DNA of 64,000 bases from assembly GCA_950097015.1 (NCBI GenBank), contig CATNEN010000011.1, positions 6,200,001 through 6,264,000 of the forward strand. The letters are read 5' to 3'. This document shows positions 12,729 through 24,474 of this stretch, one piece after another; positions within the stretch are counted from its first letter, which is position 1, and each line of letters opens with the position of its first letter. The stretch is from Macrostomum hystrix. Its lineage: Eukaryota; Animalia; Platyhelminthes. The notes beneath the pieces were generated by a model. It saw only the letters and a program-made list of their open reading frames with translations, had not been told where the DNA came from and searched no databases. The position numbers and the translations under genes were made by a program.

Positions 12729-15700
12729 TCAACCGCCTGCAGGTGCCACTAAAGTTCCATTGCACCAGCAGTTGCAGACAGAGGACTGGTTGAACTGCAG
12801 CAGCACAATGAAGTAGGTCGCCAGCACACTGAACATCTGGATTGGATTGGATTTGGTAATATATGAAATGTGAATTGTTTGCTTTCTTTTCACTAAACCT
12901 AGCTGCAGTAAGCAACCGCTTAACCCCATCTTCGATTCTTAATTAAGGGACCACCGCTTAACCCCATCTTCGATTCTTGAGGGACCACCGCTTACCCCAT
13001 CTCTCGATTCTTGAGGGACCACCGCTTACCCCCTTCTTAGATTCTTGAGGGACCACCGCTTACCCCCTTCTTAGATTCTTGAGGAACCACCGCTTACCCC
13101 ATCTCTCGATTCTTGAGGGACCACCGCTTACCCCATCTTAGATTCTTGAGGGACCACCGCTTACCCCCTTCTTAGATTCTTGAGGGACCACCGCTTACCC
13201 CCTTCTTAGATTCTTAAGGGAACACCGCTTACCCCCTTCTTAGATTCTTGAGGAACCACCGCTTACCCCATCTTAGATTCTTGAGGGACCACCGCTTACC
13301 CCATCTTAGATTCTTGAGGGACCACCGCTTAACCCCATCTTCGATTCTTAATTAAGGGACCACCGCTTAACCCCATCTTCGATTCTTGAGTGACCACCGC
13401 TTACCCCATCTCTCGATTCTTGAGGGACCACCGCTTACCCCCTTCTTAGATTCTTGAGGAACCACCGCTTACCCCATCCCTCGATAATGGAGGGACCACC
13501 GCTTAACCCATCTTAGATTCTTAAGGAACGACCGCTTACCCCCATCTCTCGATTCTTGAGGGACCACCGCTTACCCCCTTCTTAGATTCTTGAGGGACCA
13601 CCGCTTACCCCCTTCTTAGATTCTTGAGGAACCACCGCTTACTCCATCTCTCGATTCTTGAGGGACCACCGCTTACCCCCTTCTTAGATTCTTAAGGGAA
13701 CACCGCTTACCCCCTTCTTAGATTCTTAAGGGAACACCGCTTACCCCCTTCTTAGATTCTTGAGGAACCACCGCTTACCCCATCTTAGATTCTTGAGGGA
13801 CCACCGCTTACCCCATCTTAGATTCTTGAGGGACCACCGCTTACCCCATCTTAGATTCTTGAGGGACCACCGCTTACCCCATCTCTCGATTCTTGAGGGA
13901 CCACCGCTTACCCCCTTCTCTCGATTCTTGGGAAAACATCACTAAACCAAACCCAGTGCTGACTCTGGGGCTTTTATTTTAATAATTAACCCACAATGCC
14001 CCAGCGAACTTCAATAGAACGATCGTCAGCTCACCGTTAGCAATGTCTTTCTCTCGAGAAGCAAAATTCTCCAATTGGTGATGCCGATATTTCTTTCTTT
14101 AGACAACTGGATGCAGAACTGTATCTGCTGCACATCTGTCACTTTCAGTGCCGTCAAACATTCTATCGCTTCTTCTAGCTGTTAAAAGTGAATCAAAATG
14201 AAAATCAAGGTTTTATTTGATCTTTGTCTTGACATTTTGTCAAGCTAAATACATTTCGCTCGACAGTTTGAAGGCAAGCTTGTTAGAAATCAATGTCAAT
14301 GATCGATAGAACTCAGCCATTAGGCAAACTCGTCAAAGGGTAATTCCTTTTCCTTTCAGATACCTTATTTGTCTGACATGCAAATCTAATTGTCTCACCC
14401 AGAACCATTTGACAAGCACTTCAAAGCCAATAATTTGACTTCAAATCAAGAAAAAGTGACATCTGTTCTTTAGAAATTTGAATAATGGCACTGTCAATGA
14501 CAACAATGCATGGTGGGACAATAGTCTGAGTCGATCTGTACCCCCTATCGATCGAAATTTCTGTTCCCAGGTGGGCAAAGCAATTTGGACTGAGTGGGAA
14601 GATATGAAGCCAATCCCTTTTGGTTTTGCCATTATTTTGGTACCGTCATCCGAGAAGAGTTTGCAAGTGCGCGCTCAAGTTTAGGCTCCGATGGGTAAAA
14701 TTGGCAACAGCATCACGGATTCTGACAGCTTGACACTTATCATTTTTCTTACAATGCCAATTGTTTTTGTTTTATAAGTCGTAGTTCTTCTTACATAAAG
14801 CCTTGTGTACGATATCTACGTATTTAAGCTCGTAGTAATTAATTCTAATAAACTGAATCAATGGAGAGTTAAACGCCATGCTAAATGACGCAAAAATGTC
14901 ACTAGTGAGTGGGAATCGAACCACCGACCTTCAAGTCGTGAGTCCGACGCCCTAACCACTAGGCTACAACCCCTGCCTTGTATGCTCGTAGAGCAGTTGA
15001 TAAGGACGGCAAAAAGACTGCCGTGGCATTTTCCTCTACAAATATCAATAAAAGTACACAGTTTCTATACCACCAGTTGCTACGTCTTGTTGCTGGTCGT
15101 CTGGTTACCGTTGTCTAAGGGAGCTGTGAGTGGCAGAGCGGTTATCGCGTTTCCCTCTCGCACCAAGGTCCCTGAGCTCGATTCCGTGGCGATCGAGGCC
15201 ATATTAAATTTGGTTGCAGCCACGAAGAGAAGGCTTGGGGGCTTGTCGTGCAATTTACGCCCTTAATGGGCCCACCTCCAAGGCACAGTGAAAGTGTACA
15301 CTGCCTGACGATGAGAAAGTCAGGGCAGATGTATCTGAGTGCGCGTGTGCTCAGGGGTAAGCGGAATGGACAGAATTGTCTCCACGCTGACTGCAGGTCT
15401 AGTGTCACCGAATGGTGTGCCATTGCCCACAGCCCTCCTGTAATTATTAACGGAATTTTCGACCCAAATTCTTTCCATATTGCTGCGCGCTCCCTGGTTC
15501 TAAGTCAAGCAGTTCAAAGGACCCCGAGCACATGACTCACCCTATCATTGAGTCTCGCAGCGCGCCACATGACCAGAAACATTTTAGCTATAGCCATTCC
15601 AAGCCACAAAAGTAGTTGAGTCTTCTCAAACCACGTGACCCAATCAACGCCCAGAACTCGAACCACGGCGTACATGATCAGCGTGACATAGACGGTGCAG

Positions 15701-17162
15701 CAGACAATGCTGGCTGCAGCCAGGGCGGAGAACAAAGAGTCAAACTCAGCGGCCAACCTGCTCAGGTCATGGTACATTGTTTGAAGAGAGCTGGTCAGTT
15801 CAGAGCGCTTCTTAACGCAACGAGCAAAAGCTGCGGCAGCACAGCCCAGGTGTTCTATGCTGATGAAGTAGAAACCTGTGGCCGAGAACCAGACTATCAC
15901 CTTGGGATGCGGGGGATCGTTGGCAGAGCGGTTAACGCGTTTGTCTCCCGCACCAAGGTCACTGAGCTCGATACCGCCTTGGAGAGAAGGCTTGGGGGCT
16001 TGTCTCGCAGTTTACGCCCTTGAGGGCCAACCTCCAAGGCACAGTGATAGTGTACAGTGCCTGACGATGAGAAAGTCAGGGCAGATGTACACACCTGTGA
16101 GCGTATGCCTGCGTACAGTATCTGTGTGCGTGTGTGCTCAGGAGTCAGCGAAATGGGCAGAATCACCTCCTCGCTGGCTGCGGGTCTAGTGTCACCAAAT
16201 GATGTGCCATTGCCTGCAGCCCTCCCATGCACTTATTATCAATGTTATTATCACCTGAGGATGCAAAATTTGAGAATAGAAAATGGTTCAATGGAATACA
16301 CTGGAACGATTTACGTCCTTTAGCAAGACAATTCGCTTTGAATTGCTTCAGTTCACCCAGCTGTTAGCGTGATGGCTACAAGCGTGAGCTTGGGAAATAA
16401 TGGGTTGGGTGTGTCGTCCCTCAGACATGGACTGAACAGCCATATGCAGCCTTCAGATGCGCCAGCTGTCGCCAACACATGTGGCCCGATTGGGCAGGTG
16501 TTATAGAATTCTATACTCACCTGTCCGCTGAAACTGATGCACTTCAACGCCTTGACTGTAGCCGTCGCTGCGAAGCCCAGCTGTGAGCTTAGCAGTTCAA
16601 TCATTTGAGTCCGCTCGCCATCGAAGGCAAACTGCACGGCCAGGTAGTAGATCGGTACCAAGCCGGCGCAGCCCAGGGAGCCAATCAGAGCCACTCGAGT
16701 CGGCCTTTTACGAAGATGGGCCACCTCACCGTCGATTTTTTCGCCGAATTTAAGCAGGCAGTCAAGCGATTTTGAGAACCCGGTTGAGCAGAACTGAACA
16801 ACGGCGTGCGTGGCGAGGCATTCCAAACTGTAGAGCAGCATCACCACCGCCATCAGCATGGTGGGCCGCAGAATATCCGACCTACCTGAAGGCGACACCA
16901 ACTCGACGAGTAGTTCCGTCAGGCGTAATACGATAGCTGCGAAGGACAACACGGAGATAGCAGGAACTGTAATGCGTCTCATCCATCTGCAGAACTGACT
17001 CGGTACACCTGTTGCTGCCGGCATTCCAGAGAGAGCGTACAGGCAGGCCTCAGAGGTTGGCAGAGCATTGCGAACTGCCTCAACGCGATCAGCCTGCTGC
17101 GAATCGTTCGGCAAAGTCATTGTGGAGCCGCGGAACTCTGGGCTGACGGACGCCCGAGACAT
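12729..17162 (-). CDS. Gustatory-receptor-like (7tm_7/Grl) chemoreceptor, ~424 aa; exons 17162-16521, 16300-16255, 15875-15541, 14178-14035, 12836-12729
   Basis: Splice phases are consistent (0,1,0,0) and there are several hydrophobic segments. The C-terminus reads IGITNWRILLLERKTLLT|MFSVLATYFIVLLQF, matching the TYhhhhhQF TM7 signature of the Gr/Grl family. Confidence 0.85.
12915..13930. repeat. 33-35-bp minisatellite (GAGGGACCACCGCTTACCCC[C/A]TCTTAGATTCTT), last intron of the Grl gene
   Basis: About 30 tandem units. Confidence 0.97.
14905..14975 (-). mobile_element. SINE family 2 tRNA-like head
   Basis: The minus strand reads TAGCCTAGTGGTTAGGGCGTCGGACTCACGAC..GGTTCGATTCCC (A and B boxes), the same head as 63055-63122. 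Confidence 0.7.
15119..15450 (+). mobile_element. SINE family 1 copy
   Basis: A box TGGCAGAGCGG, B-box-like GAGCTCGATTCC, central CCTGACGATGAGAAAGTCAGG hairpin and GCCCTCCTGTAATTATT tail. Confidence 0.88.
15912..16240 (+). mobile_element. SINE family 1 copy
   Basis: Same head, body and tail as the other copies. Confidence 0.88.
16343..16500 (+). mobile_element. SINE family 2 body, headless
   Basis: CTTCAGTTCACCCAGCTG is shared with 45136-45152. CATGGACTGAACAG..CACATGTGGCCC..GGGCAGGTGT is shared with 53452-53560. Confidence 0.7.
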
Positions 17163-18296
17163 TGGTGTTGTAGTCAAGCAGAGGATAGGGGCTAGATGTA
17201 ATATTTGTTGTCAGTTGTTCACTGTTTTTCGCGCTCCCAATAGTCACACAAGAATTGTCAATATCCTTCAGAATAAAACACTCTATGAAGCTTGAGAATA
17301 AGCTTGAGATCCTCATTTCTAAAGTACATTCATTTCACCAATCCCTGATGATTGGTTTACAGTTTTGCCTGGCTTGGATTAGATGGGAATAAAATAATTG
17401 AGACAACAATTGTGGCAGGTCCCTATTGGAAGGCTTCCTAATCGACGTTTTAAAATGCAAATCAAGTAAAAATAACAGTAGCGTCTTATACTACTAGTCA
17501 GTTTCATCGCAGTAGTGTCTAAAGTAAAACTCAATATTGTCTTTTTGTTGTGAGGACAGATTTCCCTGTTGTTTACAATAGCCAAGGGTTAGTCATCAAC
17601 AATGCAGCTTGTGTGCCAATGGCTGAGGGTGAAATGGGGTCAACTAAGGCGCGTTCCATTGTGCTGAGCTGTGTTTTTATTTCTATGCTAAGGCTTCCAT
17701 TGTGTATCTCTAGTGAAATGATGAGTTTTTTAGTTACTTTTTTCTGACGCAGCTGGGTGTCTGTTGACGACCTACTGCAGCTTTGCTGTTATATTTAGCA
17801 ATGCAAAGTTTACTAGCAATAATTGTTGTTTACGCTTTGTTTTAATGGGTTTTGTTTTTTGTTTTTTTGCACAATTGTTGTTATACTGAAACTGCGACAT
17901 ATTTACTAATAACTTTTAGACGCATTATAGTTTTAGACGTACGAAATTAAACTAAAATAACTAAAGCAAAAGAAATTCAGAATACAAGCCGAAAGAATCG
18001 ATTTCACTTAAAAGTGCAACTTGCAAGACGCAGGTTTTCTCAAGCTCAGAACGCGCACAGGAAAAATGTTGAGCACTATCTTTTAGAGACAGCTGTTACA
18101 ATCCTCCAAAGCCGAAATTCGCACAAAAGATCAAGATAAGCGTCTGTACCAACAACTGTGAAACTGTTAAATTATTATGCTGTGCGCTGTGATAAAGCTT
18201 TTCACAGATATAATATGCATGGCAGAGCATTGCTTGATTCTATACTCACATTTTAGTTAATTTACGATGTACGTGAAGCACTTTCATTAGAAAGTT

Positions 18297-18878
18297 CTCT
18301 ATCTTTATCTATTTGCAGGGGGCCCGGGGCACTTGTCGCACAAGCGACTGAGCGCCCCCAGACCGGCGAACTAGGCGCTTAGCGCCCATCGCGCCGCCTC
18401 CCCTGAGCAGGCACCACACACAGCAGCACAGACCAGCCGGGGAGGGCAGGAGGCACCCAGAATAGGCAGCAGCGCCCCCCACCCCAGCCCCACACGCATA
18501 GAGCAGACCAAGCCGGGGGGGAAAGGCTGATAAGAAATCAGTCCTCAGGTCCTGTGTTCACTGGCGCTGGGGCGGGTGATGAGTGTACACTTATCCAATC
18601 GCGCTGACGGAAATCCAGAGAGCGCGCGGCGGTGTACACCCGCCCCCAGCCACCCCAGCGCCAACGCACACAACTCACACAACGCAGAACAGGCACACAG
18701 AAGATAGGAGCGAAGCTATTATTTCAAGCTTTGATTGCACGAAATATGGTGCACCTCCGCCGGTCGCTACTGTCCAAACCCACCCACCCACGAAATTAAT
18801 CGTGACTTGAAGGGAGAATCGAACTAGCGTCCATTGGAGTGCGAGGCAGCGACGCTAGCCGCTGACCCACTCGCCCCC
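18297..18878 (-). mobile_element. Full-length tRNA-derived SINE (family 3), 582 bp, with 13-bp TSD
   Basis: A perfect direct repeat TCATTAGAAAGTT lies at 18284-18296 and 18879-18891. The minus strand starts GGGGGCGAGTGGGTCAGCGG..GCCTCGCAC..AGTTCGATTCTCCC and ends CCCCTGCAAATAGATAAAGATAGAG. Confidence 0.8.
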
Positions 18879-20037
18879 TCATTAGAAAGTTAAACTTTTA
18901 AAGTTAAAGCAAACTTTGCGCGGTTCTAATATTTGTAATATTTCTAATAGCCATATTGCACAGTGAATTTAAACATTGAAACATTGAAGTTAAAGCAGTT
19001 GCTTTAGTCATATATATATGCGCAGAAAAAAAGGTTGGTTTCTCCTGTGTTTGTGCGTGCATAAAAAACAGTCTATGCATTTGAGTCGAGCTGTATAGCT
19101 TTGACCATTGTTTAGCATAAATGGTCTGAGTAAACAATATCCAAGAGTATTTATTTCATGCACGTACAACTAAGCCTTGCAAAAATTCTTCGCTTTTTTG
19201 CTATAAGCTTGGATCTACAATTTTTTCTCAACTCGGGGCGTAAACAATACTGCAGATTTCCACTGGCCAAGTTGACAGTATGAATGCAAATGAAAGAATC
19301 TTTACTTCATATTTTAGGACTGAGGTAGTTTTGTGTGTCAACACTGGCTGGCAAAGAATGGGTTGAGCTGAAAAAAAACATTTTAGAACCAGATAATGGG
19401 TACTGCTGGCTTGGTCAAGACAGCTTGAGTTTGAGTCTAAATCTTGAGCACAGATGAGCAGCATGAGACGTGCGTGTGGCCACAACTGTATTGTCTGTTT
19501 GGCAGAGCGAGTGTAAACAACGGGAGCTCTTGCTGCCCATTCAGGTGTGCCTCAGTGTGTACTTTCTGTCAATTCATGATCGCACGCCATTGAAGTTTGT
19601 GTTTTTTAAGCTGCATTCTTCTTGATCCCTTGATCCCTTGATCATGAGCCGTGTATGCTAAAGCTATTAGGCCTGGAGCAATTCAATGAAAACTTTTTTC
19701 GCGAGCTGGTCGCTGAGAGGCAGTGCCTCAGTTATCGTGCCTTCGTATTTTGGTGCGTGAATAATAAATTACACTCTCTTCTCTACTGTACTCTCTGAAA
19801 CAGCAAACGCGAATACAGGTAGCGCTAGACATTCAAGTAGAGGGGCTTATGGGCAAAGTAAAAAGCGAGACAATTGGGAGAGAGGAAGAGAGAAGTGCAA
19901 GAACAGATAGACTCAAGCCGCGCCGAGTCCCTGGAAGGGCTGCTAATTTCGAGGAATGATGCGATTGTACAGTCAATTTGCGCGCACATCGAGAATAGAA
20001 AAAAGAAGTTCGTGTGTTAGGCATGGTTGCCGGGGAA

Positions 20038-20736
20038 TCACTTCTTGTCATAGGTGTCCATGCCCTTGTAGCCGCCAACGTAGCCCTCCGAGGCCTTCTT
20101 GTCGGCGACGTACTCGCGTCCCTCCTTGCCCTTGCCTTTGCCAGTCTCGGCGTCGAAGCGTTCCTTGTGAGCGCCGGTGTAGCCGCTGACGTCTGTCAGG
20201 CGGGAGGTGGCGGCGTCCTTGCTGGCGCCCTGGAATGGTTTGCCAGGTAATAAAACTATGTCGGGTTGTCAATTTGAAGTCCTATAAGTGGCAATTCTAT
20301 CAGTTTAAGTGGGCTTACAGTAGTGCCGTGCCCAGTTGGCTTATTGCTTGCAATCAGCTTTTTCACTTCCTCTTCCGCTTTCGCGGCGTCGGCGACCTTC
20401 TTCTTGGTGGCCGCCTCGGCGCAGAAGTGGGTGATGAACGCACAGAAGTTGGTGTAGTCGAGGTCGCTGGAAACAGTGACGGGTCATTTACTTCACTGAT
20501 TGTGATGCGAATTAACACAAAGTATGCAGTCAACATAGCGTATATCCTTACCCCTTGAGCTTAGCCTTTCCCTTGTAGGACGAGATGGAGATGTCCATGT
20601 CATTGGAGGTCATCTTCAACGCCGGAAATACCTTGCAGTCAGTGAAGATCTTCTTTACGGTCTTGTCGCTGGCCTTGTCTGAGCCCTTCTTTGTGGCGTC
20701 GCAGAAGGCGAGAAAACTGGACTTGGTATCGGCCAT
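20038..20736 (-). CDS. TPPP: Tubulin polymerization-promoting protein (p25-alpha family), 174 aa; exons 20736-20552, 20466-20319, 20229-20038
   Basis: GT-AG introns in phases 2 and 0. The C-terminus [37 protein letters not shown] is the TPPP signature. Confidence 0.95.
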
Positions 20737-21224
20737 GGCTGGCTTGCGATAGTTAGCAGGTTGTGACTGACGGAGGGCTTGGTCGGCAAACTCTGCTTGG
20801 ATCTATCTGGGGCGCCTTGGCGTTCGCTTTTATCTCCAAGGCTTGGTCAGTGGGTGCGCCCGCTTGGTCTACCCACCCTCAGCCCAATGGCTGCCCGGCG
20901 TTTGTCCAAAAGTCAGAGCGGCAATTCTGCGGAGCGTGGGGCAGAAGGATTTGTGTGCACAAGTCGCGTTGCCATGGCCAACAGTACTTGGCCAGTGATT
21001 GTTTGGTCTGGCGTCGTATTGGCTGAAAATAGCTCTCCTTAACCGCGAGTAAACAAGCGTGCGACACTTGGCGTTCTGCTTCACATACACTGACTTGCAT
21101 TTATTTTCATCCAAAGTAAACATTCTCTACTTACGTTTGTACTACTTAAGTAGGAGGCAACGCATTTTATGATTCTGGACGATAATTTTCTAGACTGTAT
21201 TTTCACGATTTTCTAACTATGCCA

Positions 21225-21590
21225 TCTGTGAGGGGAGTTGCAGAGCGGTCTAACGCGTCTGCCTCTTGTACCAAGGTCCCTGAGCTCAATTCCGCGGCGA
21301 GGCCACATTTATTTGGGGCGCAGCCGTGGAGAGAAGGCTTGGGGGCTTGTCGTGCTACGCCCTTGAGGGCCAACCTCCAAGGCACAGTGACAGTGTACAC
21401 TGCCTGACGATGAGAAAGTCAGGGCAGATGTACACACCTGTGTGAGCGAGTGCCTGCGTACGGTATTTGTGTGCGTTTGTGCTCAGGATTCAGCGAAATG
21501 AGCAGAATTGCCTCCTCGCTGGCTGCAGGTCTAGTGTCATAAAATTATGTGCCATTGCCTGCAGCCCTCCTGCAATTACCATTATATTAA
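21225..21590 (+). mobile_element. SINE family 1, near full-length reference copy (~360 bp)
   Basis: tRNA-like head, GGAGAGAAGGCTTGGGGGC body, central hairpin and ATT-rich tail. Confidence 0.9.
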
Positions 21591-22065
21591 TAACCATGCC
21601 ATGTCGCACCTAAAAAAGTCTGTCCAGTGTGCTTTTATTCTTAAATTTCAATGTCTTCGTAGTTACGTAGCTTATCTTGATTTGACCTTACAAAAGGTAG
21701 AGCGCATGAAAAGCAAATAGTGTACTCAGCAAAAGCCCTCTTGCTGCGCTATCACTCTGTCTAACCCCTGACGAACTCAAAATTATGTTCTCTAAACTCT
21801 TTTCTTTGTTGACTGTCTGTCTCAAAAGAACAGTTCAACCAATGCGGCGTAGAGAAAGACGCGCAAGGTAGTTTTTACCAGACCTGAGAAAACTTAGCTT
21901 AGACAAACATTGGTACTGGCACTAGCTTGTTGTACTTTGGTCTTTCTTTCCACGTTGAAGCGACGTATTTGTGCAACATATATACTCGTATAATTCGTGA
22001 GGTGGAGAACAGAGGTTCATAGTGTATACCAAATACTTTGCTCTACAATAGCTCTTCTTGCAAGC

Positions 22066-23659
22066 ATGCTAGAAACTATCGCCATCATTATCGCCGCACT
22101 TGGCTTGGCTCTCTTCATCTATGCGTTCGTCAGCCGAGCCATCAGCCGGTCGCCCCCAGGACCTGTCGGCGTGCCAGGCTTCGGCCTGCTGCCTTTGATT
22201 ATGTGGCGCAGCGCCACAGACAAGCGGCACCGGCTGTTCCTGCTGATGCAGGAGATCCGAAAGAAGTACGGCGATTTGGCTTCCTTCAGGCTGGGCACGC
22301 AGGAGTTTGTGCTGATCTCTGGTTACGAAACTCTTCGTGACTTCTTCGTCACGAATGGCGAAAAATTCAACGCCAGGTCGAACAGCAACTTTCACAAGTT
22401 CCTATTCAAGGAAGCCGGCATTGTTGGTTCTGAGGGTGCTCTGTGGCAGGAGCACCGGCGCTTCGCTCTGCGCGTTCTGAAAGACTTCGGCTTCGGTCGC
22501 AACGAATCCGAACTGCAGATCCAAGATGAAGTGACGCAAGTTGTGGCCTTCCTGCGCTCCAAGGACGGCCAGCTGGTCAACTCCAAGGAGTTCGTCAGCA
22601 AGGCCGTAGCCAATGTCGTTACCCGATTCATCTTCTCCAACTTCAGCAGCTACGAGGACCCGGAGTTCAATGAGTTCCTTGGCAAGCTTGACAGCCTCAC
22701 TAACCAGAACATTGTCGGCTTGGTAACGGCCTTTTACCGGTTTATGCCAGTGGAAACTGCACTGGCCATCTCGCCGGCCAATAAGAGGCAATTCAGTGCC
22801 ATCACCTGGGTGGAAGACGTCAGCAGGCGCAAGATTGAAGACATTCGCAGCAAGTACAACGTAGATGACGAGCCTAGCAACTACGTGGAGGCCTACCTGC
22901 AGGAGCAGCACCGGCGGGGCAGCAACCTCGGAACATTCACCGACTTCCAGCTGGTCAAGACAATCTGGGAGCTGTACATCGCAGGCGTTGACACCACCAG
23001 CAACAGTTTGTGCTGGGCCCTGATCTACGCGGCCCTCCACCCGGACCTCCAGGACCGCTGCCATGCTGAAATCGTGGCCAAAATCGGCAAGCGACCAGTC
23101 AGTCTGAAGGACAAGAAGGAGCTGCACTACTGCCAGGCCTTCCTAGACGAGGCGCAACGAATTTCTACGCTGGCCCCAATGTCCGTGGACCATCGCGCCT
23201 TTGAGGTTCGCAGCACTCTGATTTTATCTCACATGCAGAACAAACGTAGAACATGAGCTTGCAAATTAAAGTGATCTAGCCTAAACGCAGGACACGGAGT
23301 ACCGTGGCTACAACATCTCGTCTGACGCCATTCTGTTCGTGAACCTGTACGGCCTGCACCACGACGAGGGATGCTTCTCGGAGCCGGAGAAGTTCAATCC
23401 TGACAGGTTCCTCTCGCCAGAGGGCCAGTTCAAGCCGTCGGATCGTCTGTCCCAGTTCGGCATTGGCAAGCGCTCCTGCCTCGGCGAGGTGCTCGCCCGC
23501 ATGGAGCTCTTCATGTTCTTCGTCACCTACATGCAGCACTTTCGCTTTCTGCCCGACTCCTGGTCGCAGGATGAGCTGGAGCAGGTCCTGCTGGGCACTG
23601 AGGGCGTTGTTCACGCGACCGTTAATCATCGCCTGAAGGTGACGAATCGCGAGGTCTAA
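22066..23659 (+). CDS. Cytochrome P450, clan 2 (CYP2-like), 502 aa; exons 22066-23205, 23291-23659
   Basis: N-terminal anchor followed by PPGP, I-helix AGVDTT, EAQR (ExxR), PDRF and heme motif FGIGKRSCLG. There is one 85-nt phase-0 GT-AG intron. Confidence 0.96.
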
Positions 23660-24093
23660 CAAGTTTGGTGTGAAATTCGAAGCGCGACGGACGAACGACA
23701 CGAGCTTTAACAAAGAAACAAATAATTTATTTTAAACATTTAGCTATAGTACCCGATTAAGAACTTTGAAAATAAATCAAGCATAGAAACAAAACACTTA
23801 TGCAGAAACAAGTGCGAGTACAAAGAGAAGCGTTTGTTTATTTCACACGGCTGTCATTGCCTTTTTAGGAATGTCAAATCGGAGCAGTTTGGAAGTAATT
23901 CGGTGCGATGTGACTGCAAAATAGACACGAGACACATTTGTAGGATTCTATTGCTATCTGGTTTTAATAGAAGCATCTATCTCGAAAATGTTATTCTTCT
24001 CTGATGTTATGGATGAATTCAGAATTGTGAAAAAAAATATGATAAACAATAAAGGAAATTATTGGCACATACGAGCGTATCACTCAATTTGAA

Positions 24094-24432
24094 TCTCGCA
24101 CCAAGGTCCATGAGCTCGATTCTGCGGCGAGGTCACATTTATTTGGGGCGCAGCCGCGGAGAGAAGGCTTGGGGGCTTGTCGTGCAACGCCCTTCAGGGC
24201 TAACCTTCAAGGCACAGTGACAATGTACACTGCCTGACGATGAGAAAGTCAGGGCAGATGTACACACCTGTGTGAGCGTGTGCCTGAGTACGGTATCAGT
24301 GTGCGTGTGAGTTTAGGAGTCAGCGAAATGGGCAGAATTGCCTCCTCGCTGGCTGCGGGTCTAGTGTCACCAAATGATGTGCCATTGCCCGCAGCCCTCC
24401 TGAAGCTATTATTATTACTATTAATATTATTA
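24094..24432 (+). mobile_element. SINE family 1 copy, 5'-truncated
   Basis: Starts at CTCGCACCAAGG and ends CCTGAAGCTATTATTATT. Confidence 0.88.
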
Positions 24433-24474
24433 ATATGTACGGGCTACAAAAATACAGCCATTGAAGTTTGTAGG

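Noticed and set aside
21400-21425. Hammerhead ribozyme or SECIS in SINE1 (CTGACGATGAGAAA)
   Set aside because: CUGANGA and GAAA are separated by only 3 nt with no stem II, CUGAC is paired in the hairpin stem, and there is no SECIS GA-quartet geometry.
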